DNA of 64,000 nucleotides from Alphaproteobacteria bacterium (GCA_016869515.1 VGDZ01000003.1:18804-82803), one strand, 5' to 3'; positions 10,826 through 21,930 are shown, counted from the stretch's first letter. The notes: generated from the letters alone by a model not told the origin. Numbers and translations: made by a program.

Positions 10826-11662
10826 CTACTTGATCATTTCCTTCATCACCGGCGGCGCCAGCTTGGGATCGAGCCCGAACTCGCTCAGCGCCTGCTCGTA
10901 CCATTTCTGGGTCTGGCCGCTCTGGTAGTACTGCACCAGCTGCTTGTCGACCCAGGCGGCGAAAGCGGTGTCGCCCTTGCGCAGCGCAGCGCTCGAGGCC
11001 TGCGATTGCGCCGGCGTCGGCACCACGATCGCGCCCTTGCCCAGCCGCTGGCGCGCCGCCAGCAGCGGCGGGTGGAACAAGCAGACGGCGTCGGCGCGCC
11101 CCGACTGGAAGGCGGCGATGGCGGCGGCGTTGTCGGGATAGCGCTGGATCTCGGCCTTGGCGGCGTGCTCGGTGAGGAAGCGATCCATCGACGAAGCCTG
11201 GGGCACGGCGATGCGCACGCCCGGCTTGTTGAGATCCGCCCACGCCTTGACCGGCAGGTCCTCGCGCGCCAGCACCGCCAGCGAATAGAAGAGCAGCGGC
11301 GCTTCCGGGAAGTCGACCGCCTGGCGCCGTTCGGCGGTGGCGTCGAGCATGAACATCAAGTCGATCTTGTCCGATTGCAACGCCGCGATCGCGGTGCCCC
11401 AGGCGACCTCGACCGTCTCCATCTTGACGCCCAGCGTCTGCGCCATCGCCCGGCCCATGGCGATGCCGAGGCCGGAATTCCATTCCCCGCTGCGCGGGTC
11501 CTTGGAATACCAGGGCGGCGCCTGGGTGACGCCGATGCGGAAAGTGCCGCGTTTTTTGACGTCGTCGAGCGTGGCGGTCTGGCCAAAGGCGAGGAAGGGC
11601 TGCCCCGCAAGGCCGGCGCCGGCGGCGATGATGGCTAGGCTGTGGCGGCGGGTGATGGTCAT
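10826..11662 (-). CDS. Amino-acid ABC transporter substrate-binding protein (family 3), Tat/Sec signal peptide
   Basis: Start at the internal Met (MTITRRHSLAIIAAGAGLAG, twin-arginine-like signal), ATG at 11662; periplasmic-binding-fold sequence. Confidence 0.8.
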   Translation of the reverse strand: MTITRRHSLAIIAAGAGLAGQPFLAFGQTATLDDVKKRGTFRIGVTQAPPWYSKDPRSGEWNSGLGIAMGRAMAQTLGVKMETVEVAWGTAIAALQSDKIDLMFMLDATAERRQAVDFPEAPLLFYSLAVLAREDLPVKAWADLNKPGVRIAVPQASSMDRFLTEHAAKAEIQRYPDNAAAIAAFQSGRADAVCLFHPPLLAARQRLGKGAIVVPTPAQSQASSAALRKGDTAFAAWVDKQLVQYYQSGQTQKWYEQALSEFGLDPKLAPPVMKEMIK

Positions 11663-11854
11663 GGCGGTCCTCCCAAGCTTGGCTTTCGGGTTATCGGCGC
11701 ACTCTATCCACCGCGCCCTGGCCGGGCAACTCACGCCAAATTGCTCTTCGGCTTGGCCGAATTTCGAGGCCTGAAACTCAAGCCCGGTTCCCTATCTGTC
11801 CGCCAGGCCTCATGGGCCGGTCGGGCGTCTCACAGAGCGGTCGGCGCTGATGGC

Positions 11855-11975
11855 GTTGCCATAGCCGGTGTCGGCGTCGGCCATCACCGGAATGTCGACC
11901 GCATCGCAGACATAGCCGGGTACTTGCACCACCTCGCTCATCGTCGTCAGGCCGACACCGGGCTCGCCGACAGCG
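11855..11975 (-). pseudogene. Gene remnant: ~120-bp internal fragment of a PEP mutase/isocitrate lyase-family gene, about 95% identical to 29417..29535
   Basis: DNA read directly: gccatagccggtgtcggcgtcggccatcaccggaatgtcgaccgcatcgcagacatagccgg..ttgcaccacctcgctcatcgtcgtcaggccgaca.cgggct.gccga matches the gene at 28747..29688 with about five mismatches; encodes VGLTTMSEVVQVPGYVCDAVDIPVMADADTGYGNAI inside an otherwise unrelated 92-aa ORF. Confidence 0.6.
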
Positions 11976-12180
11976 AATAGCCCGCCTCGGCCTCGCGATG
12001 ACGGTCGGCCTTGACCCGCTCCAGCGTCATGCCGCGCATGGCGAATTGCTTGAACTCCTGAAGCATGGGCATTCTCCCGCAGGATCACGGCCGGCAGTTA
12101 GGCAGAAACCCAAACCGCCCGTACCGCGGCGGCGCGTGATCGGGGCTTGCGCCCGGTGCGGCGATGCCGACAATGTCGCC

Positions 12181-12833
12181 ATGCCGACCCGGACCGACAC
12201 CGAACTGCTCGCACGCTGCCGACGCATCGGCACCAGCACCTGGTCCGACGCGCTGGACGAATGCGGCATCGACGGCGTGGTGCGGGGGCTGGTCAAGCGC
12301 GGCGGCCAAGGCCGCGTCGCCGCCTTCGCCGTCACCGCCACCGAAATCGTCGGCCACCGCGGCCAATTCGCCAAGAGCGAATTCGGCGTCGGCCGGCTAG
12401 TCGCGGCCTGCGGCCCCGATGTCGCCTTGCTGGTCGACATGGGCGGAGCCGAGGTCTCGACCTTCGGCGGGCTGGCCTCGCTGGCGGCCTCGATGCGTCG
12501 CGCCGGCGCCGTAATCGTCGACGGCGCCTGCCGCGATGCCGACGAGATCGCCGCCACCGGCCTTTGGCTCGCCAGCCGGCACGTCACGCCCACCACCGGC
12601 AAGACGCGGGTCAAGCTGACGGCGATGGGCGAGCCGGTGACCATCGGCGGCATCGTCGCCCGCCAGGGCGATCTGGTGGTGGCCGACGACACCGGTATCG
12701 CCATCGTTCCGCGCGGCGAGGTCGCTCGCGTGCTGGCGGTGGCCGAGCGCATGCTCGGCATGGATCATCAGATCGAGCGCGCCATCCGCGACGGCCAAAG
12801 CTTCGCCGACGCCGCCAAGGCGGCCAACTACAT

Positions 12834-12837
<4 letters not shown>
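12181..12837 (+). CDS. RraA / 4-hydroxy-4-methyl-2-oxoglutarate aldolase (HMG/CHA aldolase, oxaloacetate decarboxylase) family protein
   Basis: ATG 12181 (Met 62 of the track ORF); about 218 aa; RraA-like core (GAVIVDGACRDADEIAATGL, DDTGIAIVP). Confidence 0.7.
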
Positions 12838-13873
<1,036 letters not shown>

Positions 13874-13877
<4 letters not shown>

Positions 13878-14686
13878 GGTTGTTCCTCCTCGGCTACGAA
13901 CTTGACCGGCCGCGGCCGCGTCAGCGCCTGCAAGGCCAGCAGCAGGGGCACGATCATCAGAAAGAACACCAGGGTATAGGCGCTGCCGATTTCGAGCCGC
14001 AGCGAGGCATAGGCGTCGGCCAAGCCGACCGGCAGGGTCTTGGTCAGGGGCGTGTGCAAGAGCCAGGTCATGTTGAACTCGCCCATCGACAGCGTCACCA
14101 CCATCAGCGATCCGGCCAATATGCCCGAACGGCAATTGGGCAGGACGATGTGGAAGAACCGCTGGGCGAAACCGGCGCCTAGGCTGGCGGCGCCCTCCTC
14201 CAGCGTCTTGAGATCGATCGCGCTCAGCACCGCCAGCACCGAGCGCACCATGAAGGGCAAGGTGAACAGCACATGCCCGACCAGGATGAAGCTCCACGAG
14301 GTGCGGAAGGCGCCGGCCGCACCGTAGGTCACGATCAGCGCCAACGCCGTCGCCAAGCCCGGCACCGCCACCGGCATCACCAGCAATTCCTCGATGGCGC
14401 GCGACAACGCGCTTTGACGCTTGGCCAGCACATAGGCCGCCGGCACGCCCAGCACCAGCGTGCCGGCCAGACAGCACAGCGAAATCCCGATCGAAAGAAA
14501 AATCGTCTCGCGATAGCCCGACCACACCTCGCCCACCCAGCGCAGCGTCAGCCCGCTCTGCACGCCGCTGAGGTAATTGGCGGTCAGCCCGGCCAGCATC
14601 GAAAGGATCACCGGCACGATCAGGAAGGCGCAGACCACCAGCGTGAATCCCAGCTGCAGCGAGAACAGGAGGCGCCGCTCGGCCAT
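13874..14686 (-). CDS. ABC transporter permease (PotC-like)
   Basis: Start at MAERRLLF (ATG 14686, 2 nt after upstream gene stop); TM-rich; EAA loop LEEGAASLGAGFAQRFFHIVLP. Confidence 0.8.
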
Positions 14687-14687
14687 T

Positions 14688-15521
14688 TCAGCCCGCCGCC
14701 GCCACACTCGAGCCGGCCGCCGTCCGCGCCAACGCCAGCACCACCCAGGTCACCGCGCCGAGAACGAAGCTCAGCGCTGCCGCCATCGCCATGTTGGCCT
14801 GCAGCGTGAACTCGGTATAGATCACCATCGGCAGCACGTTGATGCGCGTCGCCAGCGTGAAGGCGGTACCGAAGGCGCCGACCGCGGTGGCGAAGCAGAT
14901 CGCCCCGGCCGAGATGAAGGCCGGCTTGAGTCCCGGGATGATGACGTCCAGCACCACCCGCCAGGTCGGCGCACCGAGCGAACGCGCCGCCTCCTCCAGT
15001 TTGGGATCGAGCTTCTCGGCCGCGGCCATCACGGTGAGAATGGTGCGCGGGATCGAGAAATAGACATAGCCCATGAACAACCCGGCCATGGAATAGGCGA
15101 ACACCAGCTTCTCGCCGGTCAGGAACTGCGTGACGTCGCCGATCAGGCCCTGGCGCCCGGCCAGCATGATCACCATGAAGCCGATCACCACGCCCGGAAA
15201 AGCCAACGGCAAGGTCAGCATCGCCACCAGCAAGCCATTGCCCGGGAACTTGCGGCGCTGCAGGAACACGCCGCTCAGGCCGCTGACGATCAGCGTGGCG
15301 ACGGTGGTGGCCATCGCCAAACCGAGCGTCGACACCAGGCTGGCGAAATAATTGCGGTCGGTGACGATGGCGGCATAGGCGGCGAAGCCTTCGGCGCCGC
15401 TGCCGCCGATGAAGAACAGCCGGGTCAGCGGCAAGAGGAAAAACGCCAGGAAGAAAATTCCGGCCGGCAACAGCAGAGAAAAGAGTCGGAACGACTCGCG
15501 GCGCATGGCGGTCGCGCTCAC
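14688..15521 (-). CDS. ABC transporter permease (PotB-like)
   Basis: 277-aa TM protein; EAA loop LEEAARSLGAPTWRVVLDVIIP; GTG at 15521, alternative ATG at 15506. Confidence 0.8.
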   Translation of the reverse strand: MSATAMRRESFRLFSLLLPAGIFFLAFFLLPLTRLFFIGGSGAEGFAAYAAIVTDRNYFASLVSTLGLAMATTVATLIVSGLSGVFLQRRKFPGNGLLVAMLTLPLAFPGVVIGFMVIMLAGRQGLIGDVTQFLTGEKLVFAYSMAGLFMGYVYFSIPRTILTVMAAAEKLDPKLEEAARSLGAPTWRVVLDVIIPGLKPAFISAGAICFATAVGAFGTAFTLATRINVLPMVIYTEFTLQANMAMAAALSFVLGAVTWVVLALARTAAGSSVAAAG

Positions 15522-15570
15522 GCGGGCGGCGGGAAGTCGGGGCGGCGGCCGCCCGCCGCCCCTGGCGCGC

Positions 15571-16581
15571 TCAGTTCACTTCGTTCTTGTAGCGATCGAT
15601 GATCATCTTCTGCGCCGTCGCCAGCCGCTTGAGGTCGATCGGCTTGGCGCGGGCGTATTCGCTGTCGGGCAGGAATTTGGACTTGGCGTCGGCCGACAGC
15701 TTGTCGGCGAACACCGGCCGCAAATAGGCATTGCCCCACATCACCTGGCTGTCGTCCGACAGCGTGAAGTCCAGCACTTTCTGGCCGTTGGCCGGATTGG
15801 GTCCGCCCTTGACCAGGCCCATGACGTAGGGGAACACCACCGTCCCCTCTCTGGGGATGACGAACTGGACCGGCGCCTTGTCGGTGTACTGGCCGCGATA
15901 GGCGTTGAAGTCGTAGTCGAACAGGATCGGGATTTCGCCCGAGATCACCCGCGCATAGCTGGTCTGCTTGGGCACGATCGGCTGGTTCTTGGACAGGTCC
16001 TTGAAATACTTGATGGCGGCGTCGATGTTGTCGTAGTTGCCGCCCAGCGCCAGGTTGATCGCCATCACGCCCAACTGGCCGACCGCGGCCGAAGTCGGAT
16101 CGAGATAGCCGACCAGGCCCTTGTATTCGGGCTTGAGCAGGTCGGCCCAGGATTGCGGCACCGGCTTGTTGCCCAGCGCCTGCTTGTTGACGAACAGGCC
16201 GAGCGTGCCGGAGTGGATGGTGAACCAAAAACCGTCCGGGTCCTTGAGTCCGGCCGGAATCCGGTCCCAGCCCGCGGGCTTGTAGGGCACCAGCACGCCC
16301 GCATCCTTGGCCGGATCGGCGGCGATGCCGCCGAGATAGGTGATGTCGGCGACCGGATTGGCCTTTTCGGCGATCAGGGCGGCGATGGCCTGGCCCGAAT
16401 TCTTGTTGTCGGGCGGAACCTGGATGCCGAGCTTGGACTGGATCGCGCGCAGCTGCGAACCCCAATCGGCCCATTCCGGCGGGCAGTTGTAGCAGATGGC
16501 GCGGCTCTGGGCGGCGGTCTCGGCCGCCGGCAGCAGCGCCGCAATCACCAGCGCTGCGGCGGTCAGGATCGGTTTCAACAT
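15571..16581 (-). CDS. ABC transporter periplasmic substrate-binding protein (PotD/PotF polyamine/Fe3+/aminoethylphosphonate-type fold)
   Basis: Start at MLKPILTAAALVIAALLPAAETAAQ (signal peptide), ATG 16581; the upstream 360 aa of the track ORF are antisense to the + strand gene at 16744. Confidence 0.8.
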   Translation of the reverse strand: MLKPILTAAALVIAALLPAAETAAQSRAICYNCPPEWADWGSQLRAIQSKLGIQVPPDNKNSGQAIAALIAEKANPVADITYLGGIAADPAKDAGVLVPYKPAGWDRIPAGLKDPDGFWFTIHSGTLGLFVNKQALGNKPVPQSWADLLKPEYKGLVGYLDPTSAAVGQLGVMAINLALGGNYDNIDAAIKYFKDLSKNQPIVPKQTSYARVISGEIPILFDYDFNAYRGQYTDKAPVQFVIPREGTVVFPYVMGLVKGGPNPANGQKVLDFTLSDDSQVMWGNAYLRPVFADKLSADAKSKFLPDSEYARAKPIDLKRLATAQKMIIDRYKNEVN

Positions 16582-16743
16582 CGCGTTTTCCCCCGGCTGA
16601 AACGTTGACGATGGAGCATGATTCGAAATGCTAGAGGATGAATCGGACCGGCGCCAGAGTGTCTTCCATTCCACCGCCTGGGCGCGCGCTTGACGAAATC
16701 GGCGCGGATGCGAAAGTCCGCCAGCGGAACGGAGGACAGGTCG

Positions 16744-17631
16744 ATGGGTCAGAGCAAAGCGGCGCGGTTGCGGGCGGCGCTCGGCGGCGGGGACATCGTC
16801 GTCGCCGCCGGGGTCTACGACATGATCTCGGCGCGCATCGCCGACGGCATGGGCTTCAGCGCGCTCTACATGACCGGCTACGGCACGGTCGCCTCGGCGC
16901 TGGGCATCGCCGATGCCGGTCTGGCCAGTTATACCGAAATGGTCGAGCGCGTCGCGGTGCTGGCTGGCGGCACGGCGACGCCGATGATCTGCGACGCCGA
17001 CACCGGCTATGGCGGGCTGCTGAACGTGCGGCGCACGGTGCAGGGCTACGAGGCGGCGGGCGCCGCCGGCATCCAGATCGAGGACCAGGAGATGCCGAAG
17101 AAATGCGGTCATACGCTGGGCCGCCGCGTCGTGCCGCTGGAGGACATGGTGCTCAAGATCCGAGTCGCGGTCGAGGCGCGGCGCGATCCGGCAACGCTGA
17201 TCGTGGCGCGCACCGACTGCCGCACCACGCTCGGCATCGACGAGGCGCTGCGGCGCGGCGAGGCCTTCGCCAAGGCCGGCGCCGACGTGGTGTTCATCGA
17301 GAGTCCAGAAAGCCGCGCCGAACTCGAACGCATCGGCAAGGCGCTTTCGGGTTCGGCCTGGCTGCTGTGCAACATGGTCTATGACGGCCGCACGCCCGAG
17401 ACTCCGGCCGACGACCTCAAGCGCATGGGCTTCAGCATCGCCATCTATGCCGGCATGGCGCACAAGGCCGCGGCCGGCGCGCTGGAAGCGGCCTATCGCC
17501 ATCTCAAGGTCAAGCGCACCCAGATGGACATGCCGGGGCCGATGTATTCCAGCGCCAAGATGCACGAACTGATGGGTTTCCCCGAGGTCTGGGCGTTCGA
17601 GAAGCGCTGGGACCAGGGCCAGGCCGGCTGA
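16744..17631 (+). CDS. PEP mutase / isocitrate lyase superfamily enzyme (2-methylisocitrate lyase / dimethylmalate lyase / carboxyPEP mutase-like), paralog 1
   Basis: ATG 16744 (Met 19 of the track ORF); hallmark motifs DADTGYGG, IQIEDQ, KKCGH, VVFIE. Confidence 0.8.
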   Translation: MGQSKAARLRAALGGGDIVVAAGVYDMISARIADGMGFSALYMTGYGTVASALGIADAGLASYTEMVERVAVLAGGTATPMICDADTGYGGLLNVRRTVQGYEAAGAAGIQIEDQEMPKKCGHTLGRRVVPLEDMVLKIRVAVEARRDPATLIVARTDCRTTLGIDEALRRGEAFAKAGADVVFIESPESRAELERIGKALSGSAWLLCNMVYDGRTPETPADDLKRMGFSIAIYAGMAHKAAAGALEAAYRHLKVKRTQMDMPGPMYSSAKMHELMGFPEVWAFEKRWDQGQAG

Positions 17632-17644
17632 GCGGAGGCACGAG

Positions 17645-18322
17645 ATGGAACTGTCGAACAAGACCGCGCGTCAACTCTACGAGGAGATCAAGGCCAAGCC
17701 GCCGCGCAAGCGCATGGGCTTCGGCCGCCGCGCCGGGTTGATCAACATCGACCTGCAGCGCTCCTACACCAAGGTCGGCACCTACGTCACCGCCTACGAG
17801 ACCGACCCGCGCCAGATCGAATACGTCAACCGGCTTGCCGAGCTTTGCCGCCGCGCCGGCTTCCCGGTGGTGTGGACCTATGTCGCCTACATGGCCGACG
17901 GCTCGGATGCCTGCGCCTGGGGCACGCGCTCGAACACCCCCGACAGCCTGCAGAACATCAAGGAGGGCTCGGACCGGGCGACGCTGGACGAGCGGCTGGC
18001 GATCGACCGCCAGCGCGACATGGTGGTCAACAAGCGCATGGCCTCGGGCTTCCACGAGACGCCGGTGCTGTCCTGGTTCAACTGGCACCAGGTCGACACC
18101 GTGATCGTCACCGGCGGCTCGACCTCGGGCTGCGTGCGGGCGACGGTGGTCGACGCGATCTCGCGCGGCTTCCGGCCGGTGGTGCCCGAGGAATGCGTCG
18201 CCGACAAGCACGAAAGCCCGCACTTCTCCAATCTCTACGACATGGCGTTGAAATACGCCGACGTGATTCCGGTGTCCGAGGTGGTGGGTTGGCTGAATCA
18301 ACGGCCCGAGGCGGCGTCGTGA
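17645..18322 (+). CDS. Isochorismatase-family cysteine hydrolase (N-carbamoylsarcosine amidase / maleamate amidohydrolase-like)
   Basis: 225 aa; catalytic-Cys context VIVTGGSTSGCVRATVVDA; conserved Asp and Lys positions typical of the family. Confidence 0.8.
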   Translation: MELSNKTARQLYEEIKAKPPRKRMGFGRRAGLINIDLQRSYTKVGTYVTAYETDPRQIEYVNRLAELCRRAGFPVVWTYVAYMADGSDACAWGTRSNTPDSLQNIKEGSDRATLDERLAIDRQRDMVVNKRMASGFHETPVLSWFNWHQVDTVIVTGGSTSGCVRATVVDAISRGFRPVVPEECVADKHESPHFSNLYDMALKYADVIPVSEVVGWLNQRPEAAS

Positions 18323-19242
18323 GCGAGGCCCCGCGACGGGCCGAGCCCGGGCTTTACGATTTCGTCCCGCCGCCCAAGCGTCCGCGCATCACATGGCCGA
18401 ACGGCGCGCGGCTGGCGTTCTGGGTCGCGCCCAACATCGAGTTCTACGAGCTCGATCCGCCGCCCAACGCCGCCCGCAACATGTGGACCCGACCCAACCC
18501 CGACGCCATGAACTATGGCTGGCGCGAATTCGGCAACCGGGTCGGCGTGTGGCGCATGATCGACGTCATGGCCGCGCTCGGCATCCGCGGCTCGGTCTCG
18601 CTCAACGTCGCCATCTGCGACCATCACCCCGAGATCGTCCGGCGCTGCCTCGACCTCGGTTGGGAGCTGTTCTCCCACGGCGTCTACAACACCCGCTTCG
18701 TCGCCAACATGAGCGAGGAGCAGGAACGCGCCATGATCCGCGACGTGGTCGACACCATCCGCCGCGCCTCGGGCCAGCAGGTCGAGGGCTGGCTGTCGCC
18801 GGCGCTGTACAACAACGACCGCACCATGGATCTCCTGGCCGAGCACGGCATCCGCTACACCTGCGATCTGTTCCATGACGACCAGCCGACCCCGGTGCGG
18901 ACCAAGACCGGGCGGATGTGCAGCATCCCCTATTCGCTCGAGATGAACGACATCCTGGTCTATGCGCGGCAGATGCAGACGCCGCGCGAATACGGCCGCA
19001 TGATCAAGGCCCAGTTCGACCAGCTCTACGAGGAGGGCGCCGAAAGCGGCACGGTGATGTGCGTGCCGCTGCATCCCTACATGGTCGGCCAGGCGCATCG
19101 GCTGGAGCCGTTCGCCGAGGCGCTGGATTACGTCGCGCGCCACGACAAGGTGTGGCTGGCGACCGGGGCCGAGATCGCGCGCTGGTATCTCGACCGTCAT
19201 TTCGATGCCGCGGTCGCCGCCGCGCGCGCCCCGGGAGGCTGA
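18319..19242 (+). CDS. Polysaccharide deacetylase (CE4 / PuuE-allantoinase-like) family protein, paralog 1
   Basis: GTG 18319 overlapping upstream stop (GTGA); the upstream part of the track ORF overlaps the isochorismatase gene; CE4-like motifs (WPNGARLAFWV, HH, LHPYMVG). Confidence 0.7.
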   Translation: MSEAPRRAEPGLYDFVPPPKRPRITWPNGARLAFWVAPNIEFYELDPPPNAARNMWTRPNPDAMNYGWREFGNRVGVWRMIDVMAALGIRGSVSLNVAICDHHPEIVRRCLDLGWELFSHGVYNTRFVANMSEEQERAMIRDVVDTIRRASGQQVEGWLSPALYNNDRTMDLLAEHGIRYTCDLFHDDQPTPVRTKTGRMCSIPYSLEMNDILVYARQMQTPREYGRMIKAQFDQLYEEGAESGTVMCVPLHPYMVGQAHRLEPFAEALDYVARHDKVWLATGAEIARWYLDRHFDAAVAAARAPGG

Positions 19243-19244
19243 CC

Positions 19245-20171
19245 ATGGCGCTGCCCGAGAGCTATCTGCAATATCCCCGCCGCGGTCCGGGCATGGATCA
19301 CGATTTCTATGCCTGGTCGCCGCTGCCAAATCGCAAGCCGATCCGATGGCCGCAAGGGGCACGCATTGCGCTGTGGGTCAACCTGACGGTCGAGCACTTT
19401 CCGCTCGACGCGGTCAACAAGCCGTTCCTGCCGCCGGGCGGGCTCGAGCGCGCCTATCCCGATCTCTGGAACTACACCTTGCACGATTACGGCAATCGAG
19501 TCGGCGTCTACCGGCTCTATCGCATGCTCGAAGGGCTCGGGCTCAAGGCGACGGTGGCGATGAACGCAGCCATCGCCGATCGTTATCCCTTTCTTGTCCA
19601 GGATACGGCGCGCCGGGGCCATGAGATCATGGCCTGCGGCGTCGACATGAACCGATTGCATCACTCCGGCCTTGCGATCGAGCGCGAGCGCGAGTCGATC
19701 GGAACCTCGGTCGAGACCCTGCGCCGCGCCTCGGGGCAGAAGGTGCGCGGCTGGATGTCGCCGGCCAAGGCCGAGAGCTTCAACACGCTCGGGTTGCTGC
19801 GCGAGCACGGCATCGACTATGTCTGCGACTGGCCCAACGACGACCTGCCCTATCCGCTGACCGGGCCGGCCGCTGGCCTTCACGCCATGCCGCATGCCTC
19901 CGAGCTGTCGGATCTGTGGTGCCTGCATCAATGGCATCACACCACCGACGAATTCGCCCAGCAGATCGGCGACCAGTTCCGGCTGCTCCATGCCGAGGCG
20001 GCGAAATCGGGCGGGCGGGTGATGAGCCTGACCCTGCACCCGTGGATCGCCGGACAGCCGCATCGCATCCGCCCGATCCGCGAGGCGCTGGCGGCGATCC
20101 TCCGCCATGCCGGGGTGTGGAACGCGACCGGCGCCGAGATCCTGGACGCCTTCAAGGCCCAACCCGGCTGA
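19245..20171 (+). CDS. Polysaccharide deacetylase (CE4 / PuuE-like) family protein, paralog 2
   Basis: ATG 19245 two nt after paralog 1 stop; parallel architecture to paralog 1 (WPQGARIALWV, LHPWIAGQPHR). Confidence 0.75.
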   Translation: MALPESYLQYPRRGPGMDHDFYAWSPLPNRKPIRWPQGARIALWVNLTVEHFPLDAVNKPFLPPGGLERAYPDLWNYTLHDYGNRVGVYRLYRMLEGLGLKATVAMNAAIADRYPFLVQDTARRGHEIMACGVDMNRLHHSGLAIERERESIGTSVETLRRASGQKVRGWMSPAKAESFNTLGLLREHGIDYVCDWPNDDLPYPLTGPAAGLHAMPHASELSDLWCLHQWHHTTDEFAQQIGDQFRLLHAEAAKSGGRVMSLTLHPWIAGQPHRIRPIREALAAILRHAGVWNATGAEILDAFKAQPG

Positions 20172-20176
20172 ACGCC

Positions 20177-21439
20177 ATGGGCATGACCGCGCTGGAAAAG
20201 ATCTTCGCCCGCGCCAGCGGGGCGAAGTCGGTCGCGCCCGGCGATCTGGTGGTGGTCAACGTCGACACCGTGGTGATGCTCGACAGCAGTTTCTTTCCCT
20301 CGGTGCGGCGCGAGGTGGTCAAGGTCCACGATCCGCGCAAGGTGGCGGTGATCTACGATCATTTCGTGCCGGCGCCGGACGAAAAAGCCGCCGCCGCCCA
20401 GGCCTATGGCCGCGCCTTCGCGCGCCGCTTCGGCATCGAACGCTTCCACGACGTCGGCCCCGATCAAGGCATCAGCCACGCCGTGGTGGCGGATCACGGC
20501 TATGCCCTGCCGGGCAGCGTGCTGGTGTGCTCGGATTCGCACACTTGCGCCTCAGGGGCGTTCAACTGCGCCGCGCGCGGGATCGGCGCGCCCGACATGA
20601 TCTATGCCCTGACCACCGGCCAGACCTGGTTCCAGTTGGGCGGCACGGTGCGCTACGACCTGAGCGGTCGCCTGCGGGCAGGGGTCTCGGCCAAGGACGT
20701 GTTCCTGCATCTGGCCGGAACCTACGGCGATCACGCCAATTGCAATATCGAGTTCGGCGGCCCGGCTTTGGCCGATCTTGGCATCGGCGCGCGGCGCACG
20801 CTGGCGGCGATGGGCGCCGAGCTGAGCGCCGAGTTCGTCACCTTCGAGCCCGACCAGGCGCTGATCGACTACGTCAAGGCGCGCAATCCGGCGCCGTTCG
20901 AGCCGCAATACCCCGATGCCGAAGCGCGCTATCTCGACCGCCGCCGGGTCGATCTGGGCGCGATCGAGCCGCTGGTGGCGCGGCCGGACTCGGTGATCCG
21001 CAATTCGGTCGCGGTCGGCGCGGTCGCCGGCCAGCGCATCGACCAGGCCTTCATCGGTTCCTGCGCCAACGGCTCGCTCGACGACCTGGCCGAGGCGGCG
21101 CGCATCGTCGCAGGCCGCAAGGTGGCGCGCGGCGTGCGCTTCCTGGTGACGCCGGGTTCGCAGCGGGTCTATGCCGCCGCGCTGAAGGCAGGCCATGTCC
21201 AGACCTTGACCGAGGCCGGCGCGGTGGTCACCGCCGCCACCTGCGGCGCCTGCTTCGGCGGCCATATGGGCGTGCTGGGTCCGAACGAGGTCTGCATCAC
21301 CGCCTCGACCCGCAACTTCAAGGGCCGCATGGGCGCGGCCAGCGCCCGCATCTTCATGGCCTCGCCGGCGACGGTCGCCGCCTCGGCCATCGCCGGCAGC
21401 ATCGTCCATCCCGGCGAGTTCGCGGGAGGGCGCGCGTGA
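20177..21439 (+). CDS. Aconitase-family dehydratase large subunit (LeuC / dimethylmaleate hydratase DmdA-like, short ~420-aa type)
   Basis: ATG 20177; Fe-S cluster ligand motifs VCSDSHTC, IGSCANGS and TCGACFG. Confidence 0.8.
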   Translation: MGMTALEKIFARASGAKSVAPGDLVVVNVDTVVMLDSSFFPSVRREVVKVHDPRKVAVIYDHFVPAPDEKAAAAQAYGRAFARRFGIERFHDVGPDQGISHAVVADHGYALPGSVLVCSDSHTCASGAFNCAARGIGAPDMIYALTTGQTWFQLGGTVRYDLSGRLRAGVSAKDVFLHLAGTYGDHANCNIEFGGPALADLGIGARRTLAAMGAELSAEFVTFEPDQALIDYVKARNPAPFEPQYPDAEARYLDRRRVDLGAIEPLVARPDSVIRNSVAVGAVAGQRIDQAFIGSCANGSLDDLAEAARIVAGRKVARGVRFLVTPGSQRVYAAALKAGHVQTLTEAGAVVTAATCGACFGGHMGVLGPNEVCITASTRNFKGRMGAASARIFMASPATVAASAIAGSIVHPGEFAGGRA

Positions 21440-21930
21440 TCGCCGGCCGGGTGTGGAAGTTCGGCGACGACATCAACACCGATCTGATGCTGCCGGGATC
21501 GGTGCTGTATGCCTCGGAGGAGGAACAGAAGCGCGCCGTGTTCGCCGCCAACCGACCGGGCTGGGTCGATCAGGTCAAGCCCGGCGACGTGCTGGTGGGC
21601 GGGCGCAATTTCGGCATGGGTTCGAGCCGGCCGGCGGCGCGGTCCTTGCGCAACCTCGGCCTCGCCTGCGTACTGGCCGAGTCGATCAACGGCCTATTTT
21701 TCCGCAACGCGGTCAATTTCGGCCTGATCGCCTTGGCCTGCCCGGGCGTGCACGCGGCGTGCGAGGAGGGCGACCGGTTGGAACTGGCGATCGCGGATTG
21801 GCGGGCAAGCAACGCACGGACCGGCGTGGCGCTTGCGGTGACGCCGATCCCCGAGGCGCTGCTCAAGCTGATGACCGGCGGCGGCATCTACCCGCATCTC
21901 GAGCAGCGCGGCCTGATCCTGCCGCGTTGA
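21436..21930 (+). CDS. Aconitase-family dehydratase small subunit (LeuD/DmdB-like)
   Basis: GTG 21436 overlapping large-subunit stop (GTGA); 164 aa; swivel-domain motif NFGMGSSR. Confidence 0.75.
   Translation: MIAGRVWKFGDDINTDLMLPGSVLYASEEEQKRAVFAANRPGWVDQVKPGDVLVGGRNFGMGSSRPAARSLRNLGLACVLAESINGLFFRNAVNFGLIALACPGVHAACEEGDRLELAIADWRASNARTGVALAVTPIPEALLKLMTGGGIYPHLEQRGLILPR

Noticed and set aside
15571-17661. 696-aa minus-strand ORF spanning the substrate-binding protein gene and continuing across 16582..17661
   Set aside because: Only the C-terminal 336 aa (from MLKPILTAAALV with signal peptide) is a coherent periplasmic binding protein. The upstream 360 aa are antisense to the + strand PEP-mutase-family gene, which has clear DADTGYG/EDQ/KKCGH motifs.
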